Of a stretch of DNA of 64,000 nucleotides, positions 8,690 to 17,671 are shown one piece after another. The notes beneath the pieces are model-generated. The model worked only from the letters and a program-made list of their open reading frames with translations. It was not told the origin of the DNA and searched no databases. This DNA is from an uncultured Eubacteriales bacterium (lineage in GTDB: Bacteria > Bacillota > Clostridia > Christensenellales > Aristaeellaceae). The stretch spans positions 3,693 through 67,692 of the forward strand of contig CADARO010000007.1 of the NCBI GenBank assembly GCA_902790345.1. The letters are read 5' to 3'. The translations under genes and the position numbers were made by a program. Within the stretch, counting starts at the first letter, position 1; the number at the start of each line of letters is the position of its first letter.

Positions 8690-10393
8690 ATGAACAAACG
8701 GTTGACCGCACTTCTGCTCGCAGCGCTCATGATCCTCAGCTGCGGCACGGCCTTCGCGTCTGAAGGCCCGGACGACACGACGAACCATGAGCACTTCACC
8801 GTGTACTACAACTACTCCGCCTGGAACCACGTCTTTGGCGAGGACGAGTATTCCGCTTTCCTGGCCGAGAAGTTCAACGTGAGCATGGACTGGAGCGCCG
8901 GCGAGAACGACCCCGACGCGAAGCTGAACCTGATGATGTCCTCTGGCGACATGCCCGACATGATCATCACCGAGCGCGGCGCTGTGCACAACAAGGTTGC
9001 CCGCGCCGGCATGCTGGTGGACCTGGAGACCCTGATGTATGACGGCTGCTCCTTCGCCACCGACATCCCCGAGAGCGTCCGCGAGATGCTGAAGGTCGAC
9101 GGCAAGCTGTACGGCATCCCGAACTGGGCCCGTTCCGGCGCCACCGGCGGCAACTATCAGTGGATGATCAACTCTCAGATGTACGACGCCATCGGCGCCG
9201 AGAACATCGACATCACCACCCTGGAAGGCCTGCATGACTTCGCCATGGCGGTGAAGGAAGCCAACCTGACCTCCTACAATGGCGCTTCCGTGTATCCCTT
9301 CCTCTGCACCAACACGGACAACGGCTATTATGTGTACTTCCCGATGTTCCGCGCGCTGGGCGGCCGCGATGTGGTCGACAGCTACTGGACGCAGGAAGAC
9401 GGCGTCATCGAGTTCGGCGTTGACAACGCGAAGTTCGTCGAAGCTCTGAAGATCGCCAACACCTGGTTCAAGGAAGGCCTGTTCTCCGTCGAAGAGTTCT
9501 CCGACGACCAGCAGCAGTTCCTCGAGAAGCTGACCAACGGCCGTGGCGCCCTGGTGTGGTATGACTACTCTCAGGACAACACCAACAACTTCCGCCGCAT
9601 CACCCTGGAGCAGTCCGGCGGCGAGCAGGACTGGCTGGTTGTGGGCTATGACATCGGCGAGAAGGATCAGCAATTCCCTGGCGCCGAAGGCACCACCATC
9701 ACCTACGGTGACAGCGCTGGTGGTATCGGCTGGAACGTCAACTGCATCACCACCGCTTGCAAGAACCCCCAGCGTCTGTTCGACGTGTTCACCTACATGC
9801 TGACTCCCGAAGGCTCCCTGTTCATGCAGTATGGCCCCATTGGCGGCACCATGCTGGAGGATGTGGACTACAGCGGCGCTCTGCCGATGCCCATCCTGAA
9901 GAAGGACATCTCCGCCTTCACCTCCGACGAGTCCAACGCCGCTGGCGCCTGGTTCTGGTCTCAGCCCGCTCAGTCTGACTACGTGGACGGCATCAAGTTC
10001 GGCCTGAACGACCTGCTGCCCCCCGAGTCTCAGGACTGGGTCGTGACCCGTCAGGCTCACCTGTCCTCCTATGATCTGAACGACCTGCACATTGGCCAGA
10101 AGTTCATGACCGACCAGCTGACCAACATCACCGGCGAGATCGATCCTCAGGATGACCTGGGCATCTGCGTCAAGACCATCGAGGATCGCTGCCGCGAGCA
10201 GCTGCCGAAGATCATCATGGCGGCCGACGATGCGGAGTTCGAGAGCCTGATCGCCGATCTGTCCAGCTTCGCCAAGGCCAACCGCGTTGACGAGATCAAC
10301 GCCATCTGGCAGGCCAAGTTCGACAGCAACGTCGAGACCCAGGGCTTCGATGCCTACTCTGCCGAGTACGACGTGTATCATCTGAACAAGTAA
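8690..10393 (+). CDS. Extracellular solute-binding lipoprotein of a sugar ABC transporter (LplA-like)
   Basis: Signal peptide with a lipobox (LLLAALMILSC-G). About 560 aa, typical of large family-1 polysaccharide SBPs. AGGAGG RBS. Confidence 0.9.
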   Translation: MNKRLTALLLAALMILSCGTAFASEGPDDTTNHEHFTVYYNYSAWNHVFGEDEYSAFLAEKFNVSMDWSAGENDPDAKLNLMMSSGDMPDMIITERGAVHNKVARAGMLVDLETLMYDGCSFATDIPESVREMLKVDGKLYGIPNWARSGATGGNYQWMINSQMYDAIGAENIDITTLEGLHDFAMAVKEANLTSYNGASVYPFLCTNTDNGYYVYFPMFRALGGRDVVDSYWTQEDGVIEFGVDNAKFVEALKIANTWFKEGLFSVEEFSDDQQQFLEKLTNGRGALVWYDYSQDNTNNFRRITLEQSGGEQDWLVVGYDIGEKDQQFPGAEGTTITYGDSAGGIGWNVNCITTACKNPQRLFDVFTYMLTPEGSLFMQYGPIGGTMLEDVDYSGALPMPILKKDISAFTSDESNAAGAWFWSQPAQSDYVDGIKFGLNDLLPPESQDWVVTRQAHLSSYDLNDLHIGQKFMTDQLTNITGEIDPQDDLGICVKTIEDRCREQLPKIIMAADDAEFESLIADLSSFAKANRVDEINAIWQAKFDSNVETQGFDAYSAEYDVYHLNK

Positions 10394-10419
10394 TACACGG
10401 CGTTGTGCGTCATTTTCAC

Positions 10420-10476
10420 GGCAACAGAATATGGGCGACCACCTTCGGGCGGTCGCCCATTTCTGTTGCCTTTATG
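10420..10476 (+). terminator. Long-stem hairpin terminator between convergent genes
   Basis: GGCAACAGAATATGGGCGACC pairs with GGTCGCCCATTTCTGTTGCC (one bulge) and is followed by TTTAT. Confidence 0.65.
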
Positions 10477-10480
10477 CCTG

Positions 10481-11470
10481 TTATTCAAGCGGAAGCGAAG
10501 AGAGGAAATTCACGCTCCGCTCGATCCAGCCCCGCAGCGGGCTGAACAGCCCTTCGCCGAAGCCGTGATCCATGCCCTCGCCGATCTCCAGCTCATAGGG
10601 GATGCCCGCTTGCTTCAGGGCATCCGCCAGAATGTAGGAGTTGACGCAGTCGCAGGCATGGTCGCTGTTGCCGTGGATGATATAGGTGGGCGGGAAGGCC
10701 TCGATGTGCTCCTCCACATTCCAGTCCGTCCTGGCCGCTTCTTTGATGGTGAGGCCGTGGGTCGTGATGCCGAAGCCGTCCACGTCCCAGTCATCGCGAA
10801 CGCCCTTCCAGGAGACAAACCCGTACACCGAGATGTTCATCACCGGCCTGGGCAGCCCATAGGCTGGATAGCCGTGGTTAGCCGTGCACCAGGAATTCAC
10901 CAAATATCCGCCCGCGGAGAAGCCGGCGGTGAAGTAATGCCCCGCGTTCAGGTGGAGCGCCGCCCCGTGGGCCTCGATATACCTGAGAAGCCGCGCCATA
11001 TCCTCCAGCGGCGCCGGATAGAGCTTCTCGCCGCCGACGCGGTAATTCAGGACGACCGCGTGATAGCCCAGCTGGTTGTAGTGATTGGCGATGGGGAATC
11101 CCTCGCTCATGTTCCAGATCTGTGTGTTTCCACCGCCGGGAACGCACACGAGGAAGGGCTTTTCATCCGCGTCGGGATCCATGGAGGGGAAAAGCATGAA
11201 GCAGGCCTGCTGTTTTTTCGGGTCGGCCTTGATCTCCTCATCGGAATACAGCGGATAGAGGAAGGAGCCTTCTTCGGCGGCTTCCAGCAGCCGGTTGAAG
11301 CCGTTCAGCAGGGTATATCCGTGAAACATCCGCCGGCGCGAGAGCTCTTCGATCGTCATGTCATAAAACGGCGCCTGTGAGAGGTCCAATCCGACCACCA
11401 TTCTGTCGGCGTAGGGCTTGATCCTCGGATCGGTCATGATTTCCTTCAGCGTATTTTTTCTGGTGAACAT
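10481..11470 (-). CDS. Alpha/beta hydrolase (acetyl-esterase/lipase-like)
   Basis: Oxyanion region VCVPGGGN. Nucleophile elbow GFSAGG. C-terminal HGNSDHACD...GMDHGFG. A GGAAGGAG RBS is 8 nt before the MFTRKN... ATG. Confidence 0.8.
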   Translation of the reverse strand: MFTRKNTLKEIMTDPRIKPYADRMVVGLDLSQAPFYDMTIEELSRRRMFHGYTLLNGFNRLLEAAEEGSFLYPLYSDEEIKADPKKQQACFMLFPSMDPDADEKPFLVCVPGGGNTQIWNMSEGFPIANHYNQLGYHAVVLNYRVGGEKLYPAPLEDMARLLRYIEAHGAALHLNAGHYFTAGFSAGGYLVNSWCTANHGYPAYGLPRPVMNISVYGFVSWKGVRDDWDVDGFGITTHGLTIKEAARTDWNVEEHIEAFPPTYIIHGNSDHACDCVNSYILADALKQAGIPYELEIGEGMDHGFGEGLFSPLRGWIERSVNFLSSLPLE

Positions 11471-11500
11471 TCCGCATACTCCTTCCTCAGACTGCGCCAT

Positions 11501-12274
11501 TTACCGCTGCCAATTGGCCGCGATGATCTCCTTCAGCGCGATGTGGGGATTCCGGTAGCGCGCGTTGGGATTGGGCTCCTTCACCGTGGCGAATTGGATG
11601 GCCTTTGTGGGGCAGGCCTGGATGCAGGCCATGCAGTTGGCGCAGCGGGTATAGTCGTGGATTGGACGGCCATTCTCCAGCCGCACACAGCCCCTGGGAC
11701 AGACCCGGGTGCAGGTGCCGCAGCCCACGCAGCCCTCCGTCACCCGATACAGCGGAAAGGCGTACATGGGGCCGGTCCTTCTGATCCACTCAATAAAATG
11801 CTGATAGAAATCGGTCTCATCCGCGGGGGCCGGCTGGATCATGGCCTTCTTCGCGGCGATGTCGCCCTTGATTGCGGCGATGTGCTCGTCCACCCGCTTT
11901 TCGGCCTCGACGGTCCGCTGCTGATCCATGTCGAACACGATCAGCGCGTTGTCGTGCATGATGATCGTGTTGATGTAATCGGCCGGTTTGCCGATGGATT
12001 CAAGCCACGCCTGGGTCCGCTGGGCGACGCCGCCGTGGTGCATGCCGTAGGTGACGACGAGATAGAAGTAATCCGCCTCAAATTCGGAATTCGCGATGAA
12101 TTCCTTCACCAGTGACGGCACCTCAAACTCGAAGAGGGGACAGACGATGCCGATCCTGTCGTCCTTGTAGCGCCGGTTCTCTTTATTCATCTCCTGGGGA
12201 ATGCTCAACGGCGCTTCGTCCAGCTGCTTTGCGACATACAGGCTGTTGCCGGTTGCGGTAAAGTAGAATACCAT
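11501..12274 (-). CDS. EFR1-family ferredoxin (flavodoxin-like domain plus 2x[4Fe-4S] domain)
   Basis: N-terminus MVFYFTATGNSLYVAKQL (flavodoxin-like). C-terminal motifs CVGCGTCTRVCP and CANCMACIQACP. Confidence 0.8.
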   Translation of the reverse strand: MVFYFTATGNSLYVAKQLDEAPLSIPQEMNKENRRYKDDRIGIVCPLFEFEVPSLVKEFIANSEFEADYFYLVVTYGMHHGGVAQRTQAWLESIGKPADYINTIIMHDNALIVFDMDQQRTVEAEKRVDEHIAAIKGDIAAKKAMIQPAPADETDFYQHFIEWIRRTGPMYAFPLYRVTEGCVGCGTCTRVCPRGCVRLENGRPIHDYTRCANCMACIQACPTKAIQFATVKEPNPNARYRNPHIALKEIIAANWQR

Positions 12275-12358
12275 GATTGCTTCCCTCCCATGTCATTTTC
12301 ATCATCAGAATCAGTATAGCAGGTTTCCGGTGAAATGTAAAATGATAATATGGAATGG

Positions 12359-13222
12359 TCAGGAATGCAGTATTTGCATAACAAATTCCGTAAACAGCGC
12401 CAGCTCCGGCGACATCACCGGCCTGTGCTTCCAGACCAGCAGCGCCGTCACTTCCTTCGCAGGGAACAGGGGCACAAAGGACAGGCTCTCCTGGGGGTCG
12501 ACGGAATCCTTGAAGCAGAGCAGAATGCCCATGCCCCGCCTGACCAGGGGAACCACATTGTGAACCAACGTGTAGGTGACGGCGGGCTTGATGTCCGCGC
12601 CGATCCAGTTGGTCAGTTCCCTGTAGAACACGGGGTTTTCCGGAACGATCAACGTCTCCCGGGCCAGTGCCTCGGCCTGGATTTGGTCCAATGAGGCGAA
12701 GGGGTGGTCGCTTCTCACCAGCGCGCCCCAGATTTCCTTCCTGGGCAATTCGACGCTGACGTGATTCGCGGTGCTGGCGGAGCGGGTAATGAGCCCCACG
12801 TCCAGCACGCCCTTGTCCAGCTTCTCCATGATCGCCCCGGCGTTGCCGGACTCCATGTGAAACCGGACGGCCGGATGGCGGCTGTGAAACGCGCTGATGA
12901 TTTCCGACAGCTGACCCACCGCGCCGACTTCGCCCGCGCCGATGTATATGTCTCCGGCCACGGCTTCCCCGCCGTCGCTCTCGTCAACGGCTTTTCGATA
13001 CAGCAGCACGATATGCCGCGCCGTCTCCAGGAAGCGGCTGCCCTGTTCCGTCAGCGCCACGTTCTTGTTCGTGCGCCGGAATAGCTTGCAGCGCAGCTCC
13101 TCCTCCAGCTCCATGATGGTTCGTGAAACCGAGGGCTGCGACATGTGAAGCAGCTCAGCCGCGTGGGTGAAATTGCCTTCCTCGGCAACGGTCAGGAAGA
13201 CCTCCAGCGATTCCGTCTTCAT
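12359..13222 (-). CDS. LysR family transcriptional regulator
   Basis: N-terminal wHTH: LEVFLTVAEEGNFTHAAELLHMSQPSVSRTIMELEEEL. The LysR substrate-binding region follows. Confidence 0.9.
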   Translation of the reverse strand: MKTESLEVFLTVAEEGNFTHAAELLHMSQPSVSRTIMELEEELRCKLFRRTNKNVALTEQGSRFLETARHIVLLYRKAVDESDGGEAVAGDIYIGAGEVGAVGQLSEIISAFHSRHPAVRFHMESGNAGAIMEKLDKGVLDVGLITRSASTANHVSVELPRKEIWGALVRSDHPFASLDQIQAEALARETLIVPENPVFYRELTNWIGADIKPAVTYTLVHNVVPLVRRGMGILLCFKDSVDPQESLSFVPLFPAKEVTALLVWKHRPVMSPELALFTEFVMQILHS

Positions 13223-13231
13223 ATGAATCCA

Positions 13232-13678
13232 TTACCTTCCGCTCGCGTCCTGATCAGGGTGGTCGATCTCGTAGAAGCGGATGTGCAGCCCGTCCGCCTC
13301 GTTTACGCCCTCGCCGATAAACTGCTCGCGGTGAAGGTATTCCGCCAGGGTGGGGCTGTCCGTGCGGAAGGTGGGCACTGTGTGAAAGGGCATGGATTGA
13401 TGGAGGTCGTCAAACCAGCCATTGTTCTCGATGTAGATGTGGCAGGAGCGGCCTGCCGCGTCCGTTCCGGTGAGCATGTATCGGGCGGACATGTGCCTCA
13501 CGTGGGCGGCGTTCACCACCTGGGTGTCCACGCCGCAGGGCTCCACCACGCCGTTGAACAGCTCGCCCTTTGCGCTGCCCTTGAAGGGGATCATGAGCAC
13601 CTCGCCGTTTTCGCCGGCCATGTGCACAGCGGGGCCGTTGGCCTCGATTTTTATATCCAATATGGGCTTCTTTTCCAT
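13232..13678 (-). CDS. DUF3237/UPF0311-like beta-barrel protein
   Basis: Pattern IPFKGSAKGELFNGVVEPCGVDTQVV...ARYMLTGTDAAGRSCHIYIENNGWF. An AAGGAG RBS is 8 nt before the MEKKPIL ATG. Confidence 0.6.
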   Translation of the reverse strand: MEKKPILDIKIEANGPAVHMAGENGEVLMIPFKGSAKGELFNGVVEPCGVDTQVVNAAHVRHMSARYMLTGTDAAGRSCHIYIENNGWFDDLHQSMPFHTVPTFRTDSPTLAEYLHREQFIGEGVNEADGLHIRFYEIDHPDQDASGR

Positions 13679-13715
13679 GTTCATTGCTCCTTGCGCCGCC
13701 GGGGCGCATATCATT

Positions 13716-13754
13716 GGGGGCTGCCTCAAAGCCCTTGGTTTTGAGGCAGCCCCC
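13716..13754 (-). terminator. Strong hairpin after the GH3 gene (no clear U-tract)
   Basis: GGGGGCTGCCTCAA pairs with TTGAGGCAGCCCCC (14-bp perfect stem). Confidence 0.4.
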
Positions 13755-13768
13755 GCGTTATCCGTGAA

Positions 13769-16366
13769 TCAGTCCCGTTCCATCCGCATGATCAGGTTGA
13801 GCATCCGTTTGGCGCAGGCCTGCAGCTCGCCCAGGGTCAGCGGGTAAGGCACCTCGCCCGCCTGCTTGTCCAGGGCGTTCAGGATGTCGTTCACGTCCTT
13901 GTCGCTGCCGGGCATGGTCAGGTCGTTGCCCGCCTTCACGCAGCCGGAGGCGAAGGAGTCGCCGTACTTGTGCTTGGGGGTCGGGCCGCCCATCATGCCG
14001 CCGGTGGTGCCCCAGTCGGTCATCACGATGCCCTCAAAGCCCCACTCGTCCCGGGCCATGCCGTTGATCAGCTGGCGGCTGTTGGCGGTGTGCTCGCCGT
14101 TGATCAGGTTGTAGGAGGTCATGATGGCCTTGGGCTGGGCCTCGCGCACGGCGATCTCAAAGCCCTTCAGGTAGATCTCGCGAACCGCGCGCTCGTCCAC
14201 ATGGGCGTTGACGTGATTGCGGTTGTCCTCCTGGTTGTTGAAGGCGAAGTGCTTGATGGTGGTGCCGGCGCTGCGGTGCTTCTGGACGCCTCTGGTGTCC
14301 GCGGCCGCGCTCTTGCCCGCCACCAGCGGATCCTCGGAATAGTATTCGAAATTGCGGCCGCAGAGGGGGTTGCGATGGATGTTCATGCCCGGCGCCAGCC
14401 ACAGGTCGCAGCCGAACAGCTCCATCTCGCCGCCCACGATGTCGCCCGCCGACTCGATGGCCGCCTCATCCCAGGTCTGGGCCAGCAGGGTGGCGATGGG
14501 GATGGCGGTGGTATACTGATAATAGGTCTCCGCGTCCTCGGGGATGACGGGCTTAGGCATCATTTCAGACAGCTTCTCAAAGCCGGGGAAGGGGGCGCTG
14601 AGGGTGTAGATCTTGCCCTCGCTGTCCAGCTTGAAGACGGGGGTTAGCCGCAGGCCGGCGGGGCCGTCCGGCATGATCAGGTTGCGCACGCCGCGGTCCT
14701 CCCAGAGGAGCGAGGTGGAATCGCCCGCCGCGCCGGGGCAGACGGTGGAAGACGCGCCGATCTGCGGACCGCCGCCGAAGAAGCTGCCGCGCTCCGCGCC
14801 CACGCACAGCGTGGCCAGCTCGAAAGGCGTCAGCTGGCTGACCAGCTCGTCCAGGGTGGCCTTGCCGTCCTTCACGTCCCGCAGGGTGATCTTTTCCGTT
14901 TTGCTGGTTTTGGGCAGCGCCTCCGGAATGTCGTGGTACACGGCGGTCTCGGTCTTGACCTTCGCCGCGCTCAGGCTGATGACTTTGGCGCCGGCCTTTT
15001 CCTCGGCCTCGCCGGCATAGCTGTAGGGCGTCACGCCCTTGCGGCTCAGGAGCTTCATCTCGCAGTCGGCGGTCAGCTGGTTCTTCAGCTGCTCGGTGAC
15101 GGCGTCGGCGTCCAGGGTCAGCGCCGCGGCCACGGAGGTGGCCCGGGAGTGGGTGCCGAAGCGCACGTAGTAGGTGCCCTTCTCCAGCACCCAGGCAGCC
15201 CGCTTCACGTCGTAGCTGGCCATGGCGCGGGTGGGATAACTGATGGACAGGGTTTCGGATTCACCGGGGGCCAGCTCCTTCGTCTTGGCGTAGGCGGCCA
15301 GCTCCTGATAGGGCTTCTCAATGGCCCCTTCCGGCGCGGAGTAGTAAACCTGCACCACCTGGCGGCCGGGCAGCTTGCCGGTGTTGGTCACGGTCACGCT
15401 CAGCCGGACGGTCTCCTCGTCCGCGGCCACATCCGCCAGGGCGAGGCTGAACTCGGTGTAGGACTTGCCGTAGCCAAAGGGATACTGAGGGGCGACGTTG
15501 AAGGTGTCGAAATAGCGGTAGCCCACGAAGACGCCCTCGGTGTAGTATTCGTCGTCCAGGTCGCCGTTGCGGTGGCTGAAGGTATCCGCGCAAGGGTAGT
15601 CGGCGTAGTTCACGGCCCAGGTGGTGGTCAGGTGGCCGCTGGGGTAGGCCTTGCCCGTGAGCACGTCCGCCAGGGCGTAGCCGCCGAAGTTGCCGGCCTG
15701 GCTCATGAGCAGGATGGCGTCCACGCCGTCGATGGCCTTAAGCGCCTTCATGTCGATGACGCTGCCCACGTTGAGCACCACGATGGTCTTCTCATAGGCG
15801 CCCGCGATTTTGCGGATGGCTTCCGCTTCCTCGTCGAACAGCTCGTACTCGCCCGGCAGGTCGCGCCGATCCCGGCCTTCGCCCGAGTTGCGGGACAGCA
15901 CGTAGATGGCGGTGTCCGTCTCGTCGGTCTTCAGGTCGCCGTCCTCGATGGGCACGATGGCCGGATCCTTGAAGGGGTTGTCGAAGATCATCATGATGGC
16001 GGCGTTGCCCTTTTCCTGGAACGCGGCGATCAGCTGCTGATCCCAGGCATCCTTGGCGCTTTCCACGTTCTTCATGTCCCGGTCGATCCAGTCCTTGGTG
16101 ACGATGGTGAAGCCGGCGGCCTCCAGGCCCTGCTCCACGTTCACCACCTCGCGGCTGTTCACGTCGCCGGAGCCGGTGCCGCCCTTCACGGTGCGGCGGG
16201 CGCCGTTGCCATACAGCGCGATCTTGCCAGGCTTGCCCCGCAGTGGCAGCGCGCCGTTGTTCTCCAGCAGCACCATGCCCTGCGGCGCGATGGCCCGGGC
16301 GCGTTCGCCGTTCTCGATCTCCCGGCAGCTGATGGTCGGGTCCTTGGTGGCGTAGATTTTGGTCAT
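13769..16366 (-). CDS. Glycoside hydrolase family 3 (beta-glucosidase/BglX-like)
   Basis: GH3 nucleophile region GFEGIVMTDWG. C-terminal domain (ILLMSQAGNFGGYALADVLTGKAYPSGHL) and FnIII-like region (GYGKSYTEF). A GGGAGGAA RBS precedes MTKIYATK. Confidence 0.9.
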   Translation of the reverse strand: MTKIYATKDPTISCREIENGERARAIAPQGMVLLENNGALPLRGKPGKIALYGNGARRTVKGGTGSGDVNSREVVNVEQGLEAAGFTIVTKDWIDRDMKNVESAKDAWDQQLIAAFQEKGNAAIMMIFDNPFKDPAIVPIEDGDLKTDETDTAIYVLSRNSGEGRDRRDLPGEYELFDEEAEAIRKIAGAYEKTIVVLNVGSVIDMKALKAIDGVDAILLMSQAGNFGGYALADVLTGKAYPSGHLTTTWAVNYADYPCADTFSHRNGDLDDEYYTEGVFVGYRYFDTFNVAPQYPFGYGKSYTEFSLALADVAADEETVRLSVTVTNTGKLPGRQVVQVYYSAPEGAIEKPYQELAAYAKTKELAPGESETLSISYPTRAMASYDVKRAAWVLEKGTYYVRFGTHSRATSVAAALTLDADAVTEQLKNQLTADCEMKLLSRKGVTPYSYAGEAEEKAGAKVISLSAAKVKTETAVYHDIPEALPKTSKTEKITLRDVKDGKATLDELVSQLTPFELATLCVGAERGSFFGGGPQIGASSTVCPGAAGDSTSLLWEDRGVRNLIMPDGPAGLRLTPVFKLDSEGKIYTLSAPFPGFEKLSEMMPKPVIPEDAETYYQYTTAIPIATLLAQTWDEAAIESAGDIVGGEMELFGCDLWLAPGMNIHRNPLCGRNFEYYSEDPLVAGKSAAADTRGVQKHRSAGTTIKHFAFNNQEDNRNHVNAHVDERAVREIYLKGFEIAVREAQPKAIMTSYNLINGEHTANSRQLINGMARDEWGFEGIVMTDWGTTGGMMGGPTPKHKYGDSFASGCVKAGNDLTMPGSDKDVNDILNALDKQAGEVPYPLTLGELQACAKRMLNLIMRMERD

Positions 16367-16629
16367 GGATGATTCCTCCCTGTCAATGATTGATATGCTG
16401 ATTTGCGGGTCGATGGACAGATACGCCCCCACGCCGGCTCCGCCCAGGCCGGGGTGGGACAGTGCACGGTGTTCACGTCTCCTTCTTATTTTCCATTTAT
16501 ATATATCATATCAATAACTGCCGTCAGAAGTCAATGCCGTTTTGGCGGATATCTGGATTTGGAGGAGGTTTTTCTGTGTTTGCGGGAATCAATCTGTTCG
16601 TTTCATCGAATAACTGACAAATCACTGTT

Positions 16630-16875
16630 TTAGGGCGGCTCTTTTCCGTCTTCATTCTCCACCAGTTTAATCAACTCGCTCAGTTTTATCCCCAGTACTT
16701 CCGAAACGCGCCACAGTGTGTCGATATGTGGGTTTGAGCAGCCGCTTTCTATGGCCGCAAGTTGACTGCGCGACACAACGGCCAGACCGGAAAGCGCCTC
16801 CTGACTTAGGCCTTTCTTCTGTCGCAGCGTGCGAATCGTATAACCGAGGATTCTCCTGTCATATGGCATAAACAT
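16630..16875 (-). CDS. XRE-family helix-turn-helix transcriptional regulator
   Basis: LGYTIRTLRQKKGLSQEALSGLAVVSRSQLAAIESGCSNPHIDTLWRVSEVLGIKLSELI. Confidence 0.85.
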   Translation of the reverse strand: MFMPYDRRILGYTIRTLRQKKGLSQEALSGLAVVSRSQLAAIESGCSNPHIDTLWRVSEVLGIKLSELIKLVENEDGKEPP

Positions 16876-16955
16876 CGCTCCCTTGTCAATGATAGGCTTT
16901 GCGCCTTCAATACAGGGCGTGTTTTTCGCGCGAATAGCGTTTCATTTTTTTCATC

Positions 16956-16975
16956 TTGTCCGATTGGCCGGACAA
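16956..16975. promoter_or_regulatory. Inverted repeat TTGTCCG-N6-CGGACAA, a candidate operator in the XRE/secreted-protein divergent region
   Basis: Perfect 7-bp arms were read directly. The repeat lies between the XRE start (16875) and the + strand gene start (17036). Confidence 0.3.
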
Positions 16976-17035
16976 TCACGGGCAAATTCTGTGATACAGT
17001 TGCCATATACACCGCAAGAAAGGGAGGGTCATGCA

Positions 17036-17488
17036 ATGCGCTCAATATGGCACAAAATGGTATGCACACTGCTTGTGCTGATCTGCCTGACAGGCACGAC
17101 AGTTCAGGCGCTGGGAGACAAGGTGGATTTTTCGTCGTACAGTGATGATGAACTTGTTCAGTTGCTGGATGCGTTGCAACAGGAGATTGTGGATAGGGGT
17201 ATTGTCAGATCGGCTGAGCTGGCGGAAGGGGAATACCTGGTGGGAGTCGATATCCCCGCCGGTACCTATGATATCTTCGTCGACTACACGAAGGACAGCT
17301 GGTGGATGGATATCTATATTTTCTCGGACGAAGCAAAAAGCAAAATACTGAAGAACTTCACTGTATTTCCGGTTGGTGATGATGGCGATGGAACCGGCCA
17401 CTTTCACGTGCGTCTGAGCGAAGGCCAGCTGCTCAGATGCACATGGCCGATCACGCTGACAATTTACCACGGGGCCCAATTTAATTGA
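17036..17488 (+). CDS. Small secreted hypothetical protein
   Basis: Signal peptide MRSIWHKMVCTLLVLICLTGTTVQALG. Motif EGEYLVGVDIPAGTYDIFV. AAGGGAGGG RBS. The long N-terminal extension in the track is not credible. Confidence 0.65.
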   Translation: MRSIWHKMVCTLLVLICLTGTTVQALGDKVDFSSYSDDELVQLLDALQQEIVDRGIVRSAELAEGEYLVGVDIPAGTYDIFVDYTKDSWWMDIYIFSDEAKSKILKNFTVFPVGDDGDGTGHFHVRLSEGQLLRCTWPITLTIYHGAQFN

Positions 17489-17671
17489 TCGACGGAGAAG
17501 AAAGCAATGCGCAGCGCCACGGCATGAACCGTGGTGCTGTGTTATGTTCTGCGATATATTATTGTTGACAGAAAGGCAGGAAAAGGGGGAGAGGAGAGAG
17601 AACTAATTATATCATACAGTAGTTTTATTCGTTTCGTTTCACATACACGGAGCAAAAGGAGCGTTGCGGCG

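Noticed and set aside
8675-10381. Very long antisense ORFs throughout the track. Examples: 8675..10381 (-), 1044..2123 (-), 2640..3893 (-), 4183..5541 (-), 7507..8673 (-), 14933..16372 (+), 22189..24048 (+), 24074..25105 (-), 26171..27304 (+), 33462..34937 (+), 37044..39077 (-), 39442..40980 (+), 43281..44573 (+), 48658..49776 (+), 50401..52260 (+), 54812..56221 (-), 56772..58163 (-), 60441..62648 (-).
   Set aside because: Each lies opposite a gene with clear family motifs, an RBS and GC-rich third codon positions. Their translations are Arg/Gly/Ala/His/Pro-rich low-complexity strings with no recognisable motifs. This is the usual stop-codon-poor shadow-frame effect in GC-rich DNA.
17512-17550. 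The hairpin CAGCGCCACGG/CCGTGGTGCTG after the 150-aa secreted-protein gene as a terminator.
   Set aside because: The stem has a mismatch and only a weak T-rich tail. It could equally be an attenuator or nothing, so it is not listed as a feature.
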